DNA of 22,344 nucleotides from Candidatus Eiseniibacteriota bacterium (lineage in GTDB: Bacteria > Joyebacterota > Joyebacteria > Joyebacterales > Joyebacteraceae): assembly GCA_043819135.1 (NCBI GenBank), contig JBDRFG010000064.1, positions 1-22,344 on the forward strand, read 5' to 3'. This document shows, piece after piece, positions 8,376 through 16,165 of this stretch. The position numbers and the translations under genes were made by a program. The notes beneath the pieces are model-generated. The model was given only the letters and a program-made list of their open reading frames with translations. It was not told where the DNA came from and made no database searches. Each line of letters starts with the position of its first letter. Within the stretch, counting starts at the first letter, position 1.

Positions 8376-9728
8376 ATGAATGCGAGGCGCATCACAGAGG
8401 CGCGACAGGTCGTCGTCGCGGTCGTTCGGGAACGCAGCATGAGTAGCCTGGCTATCAACGTGGCGATGAGCCTGCTCGTTGTGGCGGTCGCGCTTGGCAT
8501 CCTGCTGGCGCCCTCACCGGCGGGCGCGGTGGACACCGGTGAAGCCGCGCGCAGCGCAGCAGCCACCACCGTCCACGTCATGACACCCGGCCACGGTAAC
8601 ATCGACATCAAACAGACCGAATGCTACCTGGTGCCCGAGGGGGAGACCCTTGTTGCCGACCTCTACACATGGGCACAGTCCCTGGAAATCGCGGGAACGC
8701 TCGACGGTGACATCATCGCCGGCTTCAAGGAAGGCAAGATCACCGGAACCGTCACGCAGGATCTGAACGGCGCCTCCGAGACGATGCGCATAACGGGCGA
8801 GGTCGGAGACGACGTGCGGTTCGCCTGCGAGACCTTCTACCTCGACGGTCACGTCGGCGGTGACATCATCGTCGCGGCCAGGGACGTTCAGATCAGCGAA
8901 ACTGCCGTCATCGACGGCGACGCCATCATAGCGGCGGGCACGGTGACTATGGATGGAGCGATCGGCGGCAGGGCCCGCATCATGACCGGGTTCCTGGATC
9001 TGGACGGCACGATCGCGGGCAACGCTGAGATATCCACCGACGGTGGCATCAGGCTGGGTCCTAACGCCCACATCGGCGGCGATCTCGTCTACGAGGGACC
9101 GTCCAGAGTGGACATCGCAGACGGTGTGGTTGCGGGTGAAGTGACCTACAACCGGGTCGTCAAGAAGGACAGGAAAGTGGACCTCGACTTCCCCGCCGTC
9201 GGCCTCTTCTTCCACTTCCTCGGGTTCATCGCCGCTCTCGTCGCGGGCACCATCATCGTCGCGCTGACGAAAGACCACGCCAGAAAGACCGCCGAGACCA
9301 TCAGGACCAAGCCGCTCAAGAGCCTCGGTATCGGATTCGTCACCTACATCTGCATGCCTCTGATTCTACTGGTGTTGCTGGTCTTCATCCTGACGATACC
9401 GTTGATGTTCGTCGTCGGACTGGCCTACGCCATCGCGCTCTACGTCGCGAAGTTCTACTTCTCCATATGGCTCGGCAACCTGATCCTTAGAAGGGGTGGA
9501 CGGACGGACGTCTCTCCGATCCCCTCGATGCTTCTGGGTCTCACGCTTGTCTATCTCGTTACCGCCGTGCCCATCATGGGAACGCTGATCGGTATCGTCA
9601 TCATCTTCTTCGGCCTGGGCGCGCTGATGCAGCGGAAGGAGACGAGGCTGGATGCGGCTTTCGAGCCTGCGCCGGTCGTCTCGAACGGACTGCCCAACGA
9701 ATTCCCGGGTGCCGGGACCGGAGCCTAG
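8376..9728 (+). CDS. Polymer-forming (bactofilin-like) beta-helix repeat protein with N-terminal signal/TM segment and C-terminal multi-TM domain
   Basis: Repeats of the type I.G.V.GD(L/I/V) (IAGTLDGDI, ITGTVTQDL, ITGEVGDDV, LDGHVGGDI, AHIGGDLVY), a hydrophobic leader ending APSPAGA, and about 5 C-terminal TM helices. AAGGAG RBS before ATG 8376; alternative starts at 8349, 8373 and 8439. Confidence 0.85.
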   Translation: MNARRITEARQVVVAVVRERSMSSLAINVAMSLLVVAVALGILLAPSPAGAVDTGEAARSAAATTVHVMTPGHGNIDIKQTECYLVPEGETLVADLYTWAQSLEIAGTLDGDIIAGFKEGKITGTVTQDLNGASETMRITGEVGDDVRFACETFYLDGHVGGDIIVAARDVQISETAVIDGDAIIAAGTVTMDGAIGGRARIMTGFLDLDGTIAGNAEISTDGGIRLGPNAHIGGDLVYEGPSRVDIADGVVAGEVTYNRVVKKDRKVDLDFPAVGLFFHFLGFIAALVAGTIIVALTKDHARKTAETIRTKPLKSLGIGFVTYICMPLILLVLLVFILTIPLMFVVGLAYAIALYVAKFYFSIWLGNLILRRGGRTDVSPIPSMLLGLTLVYLVTAVPIMGTLIGIVIIFFGLGALMQRKETRLDAAFEPAPVVSNGLPNEFPGAGTGA

Positions 9729-9732
9729 CCCA

Positions 9733-11076
9733 ATGAGCAGAGCCAAGCGCGGAAACTCAGCTCGACCTCAGGAAGCAAGGCCGTTCAGGGCCAAGACCGT
9801 CTGGTTGTGGGCGCTGGCGAACAGCCTCGTCGGCCTTGGGGTCGGCGGTGGGATCCACCTGTTCGCCCAGGGCGACATCACGGCGCGCGGACTCGTTCCG
9901 ATGAGCATCGTGTTCGCGAACGTGATCGGTTTCGCGGCAGTTCTCACGGCGAGATTCGTGCTTCCGAAATACAGCGGGCTGCCCACGTTCCTGCGGATCC
10001 CTCTGGCGGGGCTGACGCTGGTCGCGGGGGGCGTTCTGGGAAGCGGGATCGCCATACTCGTCAACCCGCTTGTGATCCTCTACCAGCTGAGGCTCGGGTT
10101 CATGGTTCTGACGGTCAACGGCGTGCTGGCGCTGGCCGTCGGACTGATCACCTACACGTACGAGCAGATGCGGACACAGATAGAGAAGGAAGCGTCGGAA
10201 CGCGGGAAGCTGGAGCACGAGATGAACATCGCCAGGGACATCCAGATGGAACTCCTGCCCAAGACCTTCCCCAAACTCCCTGGTCTCGACATGTTCGCGT
10301 TCACCGTTCCCGCGAGACACGTCGGTGGCGACTGCTACGACGTCATCGACGTCGGTGACGGCAAGTTGGCTATCACCATAGGCGACGTCTCCGGCAAGGG
10401 AACGCCGGCCGCCATACTCATGGCGAACGTGCAGGCGGCCGTCAGGGCGCTGTCAGAGAGTCATGTGCCCCCGGTGGAACTCATCACGAGGGTGAACAGG
10501 CTCGTGCACGGCTACACGGAAGACAGCGTCTTCATCACGTTCTTCTACTCGATCCTGGATACGCGCACGGGCGAGATCGTCTACGTGAACGCGGGGCACA
10601 ACCCGCCGTGCGTGCTCAGGGCTAACGGCAACAGGGAGTATCTCGATCGTGGCGGGCTCGTCGTCGGCATCATGCCCGGTTCGGAGTACGAGGAGGGGAC
10701 GACGACACTGCGCGCGGGAGACGACCTGGTCCTCTACACCGACGGCATTACGGAAGCCGCGAACCCCGAGGACGAGATGTTCGGAGAGGAGCGGCTCGAA
10801 CAACTCCTGATCGAGCACCGTCATTCCTCAGCGCGCGAGATCGAGGAGCGGGTCTACTCGAGCATCACGAACTTCGCGGCCGGCGCGTCACAGACCGACG
10901 ATCTCACTATGGTCATCGTGAAGATGACCTCTGATGTAGTAGACGGAAACACTATCGAACTTCCGGACTCCCCCCGGATAGCCAATGGCGGGTCCCCTGC
11001 CGCGCAAGGTGCGTCTGCAACAGGCGACCTTTGGGGGCCCGCTACGGCTAACAGCCCGACGGACAGCGTGAACTGA
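9733..11076 (+). CDS. SpoIIE/RsbU-type PP2C serine phosphatase with ~4-TM input domain
   Basis: ARDIQMELLP, VGGDCYD, IGDVSGKG.PAA, FITFF, YVNAGH.PP, LYTDGITEA, FGEERL, DDLTM. Starts 4 nt after the upstream stop. Confidence 0.93.
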   Translation: MSRAKRGNSARPQEARPFRAKTVWLWALANSLVGLGVGGGIHLFAQGDITARGLVPMSIVFANVIGFAAVLTARFVLPKYSGLPTFLRIPLAGLTLVAGGVLGSGIAILVNPLVILYQLRLGFMVLTVNGVLALAVGLITYTYEQMRTQIEKEASERGKLEHEMNIARDIQMELLPKTFPKLPGLDMFAFTVPARHVGGDCYDVIDVGDGKLAITIGDVSGKGTPAAILMANVQAAVRALSESHVPPVELITRVNRLVHGYTEDSVFITFFYSILDTRTGEIVYVNAGHNPPCVLRANGNREYLDRGGLVVGIMPGSEYEEGTTTLRAGDDLVLYTDGITEAANPEDEMFGEERLEQLLIEHRHSSAREIEERVYSSITNFAAGASQTDDLTMVIVKMTSDVVDGNTIELPDSPRIANGGSPAAQGASATGDLWGPATANSPTDSVN

Positions 11077-11151
11077 CCCGCCCGGTTCCCGTCGTTCAGG
11101 ACGAGAGCAGGCAGACCGGAGACCACTCATCACTTCGGAAGGAGGTCCGCC

Positions 11152-11871
11152 ATGAGAGCAGTGGCCAGAGCGTGCACTTCGTTCGCGCTGCTCGCGCTTG
11201 TCGCCGTCGGGTTCTCCGCGACCATCAGGGTGTGTGGTCCTACCGACGCGCGGGCACGCGAGCTGCAGCGGGACGCGGGCGGCGCGCCGCTCGTTACCGC
11301 CGTGCTGAGTGCGTCGGAGCTCGTGACGGATGACGGACTTCCCGGTGGACCTACGGGGCGCCCGACGGAGCACGAACGACACGTTACATCGGATCGCGCT
11401 GCCACGAACGCGGAACGCGGGTCAGCGGATGCCGATACCGGCGGAGGCGGACTCGAAATGCACCATCTCTCCGTCTGGGACTCCGCCGCCGGCTCGCCAT
11501 ACGTCTATCTTTCGTTTACGCCGGTCTCGTTGGAGTCGTTCGCGGGTGAGGTGCGCTTTCGCAGAACGGTGGTGGAGGGTGAGGAGGTCGAGGTGGCGGA
11601 CGTCGCGCCGACCCTGGACGAGGCCCACATCCGCATACAGCTGGACAGCAAACCCGTGGATGTGGCGTCGCTTCAGTGGTACTATGCCGGGTACGGTGAC
11701 CTGGGTGGCGCCGACGTGAAGTACATGCCGGTCTGTCTGATTCGCGTCGAGCGTCCGGATCTCTCGGCCGGAGAGCACGACGTTCACGTGAGGATAGAGG
11801 ACGTCGATACCGGCGCCACTGGCGACGGAAGCGCGACGCTCACATGCGGAGCGAGGGTCAGAGAGCTCTAG
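11152..11871 (+). CDS. Hypothetical exported protein, possible C-terminal beta-sandwich domain
   Basis: AAGGAGG RBS; N-terminal hydrophobic segment; low-complexity linker; beta-rich C-terminus (LSAGEHDVHVRIEDVDTG). Confidence 0.7.
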   Translation: MRAVARACTSFALLALVAVGFSATIRVCGPTDARARELQRDAGGAPLVTAVLSASELVTDDGLPGGPTGRPTEHERHVTSDRAATNAERGSADADTGGGGLEMHHLSVWDSAAGSPYVYLSFTPVSLESFAGEVRFRRTVVEGEEVEVADVAPTLDEAHIRIQLDSKPVDVASLQWYYAGYGDLGGADVKYMPVCLIRVERPDLSAGEHDVHVRIEDVDTGATGDGSATLTCGARVREL

Positions 11872-11904
11872 GGTCTTCTTCACGACGTAACATAGGAGAA
11901 AACA

Positions 11905-13779
11905 ATGACGGGACGGACGTTTGGGAGGATCCTGACCGCGGCGGCGCTCGTGTGCGCTCTCGTGCCGGTGCCGGTCGCCGACGCCGCGTCGGACATCACG
12001 GATCCATACGAGGTGCTCTCAAGACACTATGAAGCGCTGGGAGGGCTGGACGCCCTCAGGGCCGAGGAATCTCTCCACTTCGAGGCGACGTTCTCCGTGT
12101 CCGGGCTCGAGGGGACCGTGCGCCACTGGGAGGCTCGCCCGGACCGGAGTCGCACCGAGGTCGACCTCGTCGTGTTCTCTCAGACAACGGGAGACAACGG
12201 GACGACCGCCTGGGAGGTTGACGGTAACGGCAAGCTCCGCATCGAACAGGACCCGGGCGCGCTGGCGCGCCGGGAGGTAGGCAGAAGGCTCGCCTTGTTC
12301 GAGCATCTCGACCCGGCCTCCGACGCGTTCACGGTGACGCTTTCCGGAACGGAACAGGTCGATGGCGCGGACTGCTACGTGGTGCGGGTTTCCAGCGAGT
12401 CCGACCATGTCGACCGCACCTGGTACATAGACGTCGCCGACTTCCTCCTGAGGAAGTCCGTGGACGTGCGGCCGGACATGCAGCAGCACGCGGTACACTC
12501 CGACTATCGCGAGGTCAACGGCGTGCTCCACGCGTTCAGGCAGGATATCGAGATGCTGCCGATAGGTCAGAGGCAGACGATGGTAGCGACCTTGTTCGAG
12601 ACCAACGTCGACATCGACCCGGGGCTGTTCGATCCTCCGTCCGACGAGGCACGCGACTTCGTTTTCACCGACGGGGGCAACCGGGCTGAGGTGCCTTTCC
12701 AGTTCATGGAGAGGCACATCTTCCTTCCGGTGACGGTCGACTGCAGGGAGGCGCTGTGGGTGCTCGACAGCGGCGCGAGTTCGTCAGTCATCGACCGTGA
12801 GTACGCGGAAAGACTCGGACTCGAGATGAGCGGCGAGGTCAAGGGGCAGGGGGCGGGCAATACGGTTGATGTCGCTTTCACGACGCTTCCTCCGTTCAGC
12901 ATCGATGGCATCGAGTTCGAGGAGCAGCAGATCGCCGTCATAGAACTCGTTGGCCTGTTCCGCAAGATCTCCGACCTCGAGGTCGTCGGCGTTCTCGGTT
13001 ACGACTTCCTGTCGAGGTTCGTCACCAGGGTCGACTACGCGAACAGCATGCTGACGTTCTACGACCCGGAGGAGTTCGAGTACGAGGGAGACGGGACGGT
13101 GCTCGATGCTCCGCTCAAAGAGAACCTCTTCACAGTTGCCGCGACGGTTGACGGCGTTCACGAGGGGCGCTGGATGCTGGACCTCGGGGCAGGAGGAATG
13201 ACGTTCCACGCTCCTTACGCGAAGGAGCACGACCTGGCGAGCAGGGAGGGCGTCTTCGGCGTCGGCTTCGGAGCCGGCGGGCGGCTCATGCACTACCTGT
13301 CCGAGTATGAGACGGTTGAGTTCGCCGGCTACACGCTCCCGCGGCCCCGCATCTCGATGGCGGGCCACGACGGGGAGTTGGAGGGCGCCTTCTCCGGCGG
13401 TGAGCTGGTCGGTAACCTGGGGAGCACGCTCCTCAGGCATTTCGTGCTCTATCTCGACTACGGCAAGCAGAAGGTCGTGGTCGAGAAGGGAGACGACTTC
13501 GGCGCCACGTTCCCCTGGGACGCGAGCGGACTTCAACTCTGGCGTCCCGATGAGGTCTGCGAGGTGCTCTATGTTTCACCTGGAACGCCAGCGGACGAAG
13601 CGGGGTTCCGGGAGGGCGACACGGTTCTTACGATCAACGGCATCGGCGTCGAGCACTTCGGCGGGCTCCTCGCGTTCCGGGACATGCTTCGCGGCGAGCC
13701 GGGAACGGAGTACGTGTTCGTGGTCGATCGATACGGACAGCGCAACGAACTGACGCTGGTCCTGAGGGACCTGCTGTAG
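11905..13779 (+). CDS. Exported aspartyl protease family protein: LolA-like N-terminal domain, two retropepsin-like domains and PDZ
   Basis: AGGAG RBS; signal peptide; ALGGLDAL...SDYREVNGVL; WVLDSGAS...GVLGYDFL; WMLDLGAG...GNLGSTLL; PDZ PGTPADEAGFREGDTVLTING. Confidence 0.85.
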   Translation: MTGRTFGRILTAAALVCALVPVPVADAASDITDPYEVLSRHYEALGGLDALRAEESLHFEATFSVSGLEGTVRHWEARPDRSRTEVDLVVFSQTTGDNGTTAWEVDGNGKLRIEQDPGALARREVGRRLALFEHLDPASDAFTVTLSGTEQVDGADCYVVRVSSESDHVDRTWYIDVADFLLRKSVDVRPDMQQHAVHSDYREVNGVLHAFRQDIEMLPIGQRQTMVATLFETNVDIDPGLFDPPSDEARDFVFTDGGNRAEVPFQFMERHIFLPVTVDCREALWVLDSGASSSVIDREYAERLGLEMSGEVKGQGAGNTVDVAFTTLPPFSIDGIEFEEQQIAVIELVGLFRKISDLEVVGVLGYDFLSRFVTRVDYANSMLTFYDPEEFEYEGDGTVLDAPLKENLFTVAATVDGVHEGRWMLDLGAGGMTFHAPYAKEHDLASREGVFGVGFGAGGRLMHYLSEYETVEFAGYTLPRPRISMAGHDGELEGAFSGGELVGNLGSTLLRHFVLYLDYGKQKVVVEKGDDFGATFPWDASGLQLWRPDEVCEVLYVSPGTPADEAGFREGDTVLTINGIGVEHFGGLLAFRDMLRGEPGTEYVFVVDRYGQRNELTLVLRDLL

Positions 13780-13785
13780 CGGAAC

Positions 13786-13820
13786 GAGAGGCGGGGAGCC
13801 GACGGAGGCTCCCCGCTCTC
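13786..13820. terminator. GC-rich hairpin between convergent genes (probable bidirectional terminator)
   Basis: Perfect stem GCGGGGAGCC (13791-13800) / GGCTCCCCGC (13807-13816), extendable by GAGA/TCTC. A second imperfect CCGGTC...GACCGG hairpin follows. No strong U-tract. Confidence 0.6.
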
Positions 13821-13892
13821 AACTTGTGTCCGGTCTCGAGCATTCGGACCGGTGTTGATCCTCACGATGCTGTTCCCGCGCCCCGCTCCGTT

Positions 13893-15941
13893 CTACCTGA
13901 CCAGCAGGATCTTCCGGGACGCGAAATCCGCGGCCGCAGTCAGTCTGACGAAGTAGACACCCGACGCGACCGGCTCGCCGCCCGCGCCCGTTCCGTTCCA
14001 GATCACCTCGTGCGTTCCCGCAGGCGTTTCGCGGTCCACGAGCGTCGCGACCCTTCTGCCTGCGATGTCGAACATGGCGACCTCGGCGTGTCCCGCGGTC
14101 GGCATCGAGAACGACAGCGACACGCCCCCTCCGACCAGCTCGGTCGGGGCGCCGAGCGCCACGACCGAGGGGATGCCGTCTTCAGGCACTCCGGTCGAGG
14201 TCTCGGTCACGTACTTGAGAATCCAGTTGCCCGGGTCGAACGAGACGTCGGTCACCGGGGCGCCGGCGTCGAAGAAGAAGTCCTGGCTCCACTGGTCGTT
14301 CCACGCGACGACCAGCTCGTCACCGGCGGTCGTGTGGATCTTGATGTCGATCGGCATGGTGAAGAGACCGGCGTCCGACTGGACCTGTTCGACGTGGACC
14401 ATGACTCCGTAGGGCGGTCCCTGACTGCCGGCGATCCAGGACCACCTGTAATCGGGCCGGTTCTCACCGTAGATCCAGGGCAGGAAGAACCAGTCGAGGC
14501 TGCCACCGTAGTGCGATTCCAGTATGGACTGGAGCTCGGAGGTGATCGCTGAGTCGTATGCGTAAGTGGCGCCGTACTCCGCCAGCGCGGACTGGAGACG
14601 GTCGATGGGGTAGTGGTCCACCACTCCGTCCTGCAGCGCGAGAACTCGGCGCAGCATGTGAAGCACGAGCGCGCCCTTGTCGTAGACCGTGCGGCTGAAG
14701 GTCGTCCACGGATCGTAGATGGGACCGTCGAAGTAGCCGTACGAGTCGTACGATTCGACGTAGTCGTCGTAGTCGGCCTCACCTCCGAGGTGCTCGAACC
14801 AGAGCGCCTCCGAGTAGCTTGCGAACCCCTCGTTCAGCCATATGTCTTCCCATGTGGCGCATGTGATCCAGTCGCCCCACCACTGGTGGCCCAGCTCGTG
14901 TACGAGGATCCAGTCGTAGTAGTGGTCTCCACGAATGAGCACTCTGCCGTAGCTCGTGCAGGTCTGGTGCTCCATCGCGCCGCCCCAGGGGAAGACAGCG
15001 TGGCCGTAGCGCTCATCAATGAACGGGTACTCGCCGAAGACCTCCGCCAGCGCGCCGATGGCCGCCGCCGTTATGTTGAGGTCCTCCATGGCGTTCGACA
15101 GGTGTTCAGGGTAGACGTAGTTCTCGATGGGCATCGTGTCGCGGCCGTAGGTGTAGTAGTCGGTCCAGCTGGAGTAGTTGGTGACGGCCACCGAGATGAG
15201 ATAGGTCGTGATAGGGTAACTCTCGAACCACGTGTATGTCTTCGTCGCTCCATTGTCGACCTCGGACACCAGCATTCCGTTCGAGACAGCGACGTAGGCG
15301 TCGTCGACGGTCAGGGCGATCCTGGCGGAGTCGGCCTTGTCGGCTGGCGTGTCCTTGCAGGGCCACCACTGACGCGCGCCGATGGGTTCCGAGAGGCTCG
15401 ATATTATGGGAATCGTGTTGTGCGTCGAGAAGTTGAGGGCGTCGTCGACCGGCGCACCGTGATAAGTGACCGACACCTCAAACTGGCCGCCGGTGTTCAC
15501 CGTACTGTTGAGGCTGACGCTGATGCGGTCGCTGCCGTGCGAATACGAGGCGGGAGCGCCATCGTGCGCAACCGAATCGACCGTCATGTTGTCGTACAGG
15601 TCGAGGATCACAGTAGTCAGGCCGTCGACCGTGCTCGTCGCGAGCATGGTCACCGTTCCGACCACCGTCTCCGGTCCCTCATCTATCTCGATGTCAATGT
15701 CGTAGTAGCAGGCGTCGTAGTCGTCCTGAGACGCGCGCTCCGCCGTCGGCGGCAGGACGAGCGCGGCCTGGAGCTTCTCGAACGCCGCCTGCTTGGGTTC
15801 CCACAGAATGCTCCGCGGGTCGTCGTCGGGCCGCCTGTCATCCAGGTAGGCGGGACGGGCGGTCGCGGTCGTCGTCACGGCGATCAGGCAGGTGAGGATC
15901 ACCACCGCTCCGACGAGCGTCGTGCGAAAGATCCTTGTCAT
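13893..15941 (-). CDS. Exported M1 family zinc aminopeptidase with C-terminal FlgD-Ig-like domain
   Basis: AAGGAGGAGG RBS; signal peptide; GARQWWPCKD.P.DKA, GGAMEH, HELGHQWWGD-x-WLNEGFASY (HExxH-x18-E), VYDKG; tail FDIAGRRVATL...WNG...VASGVYFVRL. Confidence 0.95.
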   Translation of the reverse strand: MTRIFRTTLVGAVVILTCLIAVTTTATARPAYLDDRRPDDDPRSILWEPKQAAFEKLQAALVLPPTAERASQDDYDACYYDIDIEIDEGPETVVGTVTMLATSTVDGLTTVILDLYDNMTVDSVAHDGAPASYSHGSDRISVSLNSTVNTGGQFEVSVTYHGAPVDDALNFSTHNTIPIISSLSEPIGARQWWPCKDTPADKADSARIALTVDDAYVAVSNGMLVSEVDNGATKTYTWFESYPITTYLISVAVTNYSSWTDYYTYGRDTMPIENYVYPEHLSNAMEDLNITAAAIGALAEVFGEYPFIDERYGHAVFPWGGAMEHQTCTSYGRVLIRGDHYYDWILVHELGHQWWGDWITCATWEDIWLNEGFASYSEALWFEHLGGEADYDDYVESYDSYGYFDGPIYDPWTTFSRTVYDKGALVLHMLRRVLALQDGVVDHYPIDRLQSALAEYGATYAYDSAITSELQSILESHYGGSLDWFFLPWIYGENRPDYRWSWIAGSQGPPYGVMVHVEQVQSDAGLFTMPIDIKIHTTAGDELVVAWNDQWSQDFFFDAGAPVTDVSFDPGNWILKYVTETSTGVPEDGIPSVVALGAPTELVGGGVSLSFSMPTAGHAEVAMFDIAGRRVATLVDRETPAGTHEVIWNGTGAGGEPVASGVYFVRLTAAADFASRKILLVR

Positions 15942-16019
15942 ATACCTCCTCCTTGAGCTCGGAGCGGAACACGCCGCCGGGCCAGTCGGGTGGTGTTGCA
16001 GGATATGTCCTTACGATTT

Positions 16020-16048
16020 ATTATACCGCAATCCGAGCACACAGTCAA
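16020..16048 (-). promoter_or_regulatory. Near-consensus sigma70 promoter for the M1 peptidase
   Basis: Minus strand reads TTGACT (16048-16043), 17-nt spacer, TATAAT (16025-16020). Confidence 0.8.
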
Positions 16049-16091
16049 GTAGCGCTCGAATCGCCTGTCAGTTCTGCCGCGGTACCGCCCC

Positions 16092-16120
16092 TTGCCACAC
16101 GTTCGTGGGGGTCCTAGAAT
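16092..16120 (+). promoter_or_regulatory. Sigma70 promoter for the 16166 gene
   Basis: TTGCCA (16092-16097), 17-nt spacer, TAGAAT (16115-16120); back-to-back with the M1 promoter. Confidence 0.7.
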
Positions 16121-16165
16121 GAGTTTCGGGCCCAGGTTCACCGGGCCAGAATAGGGAGGGTCGGA

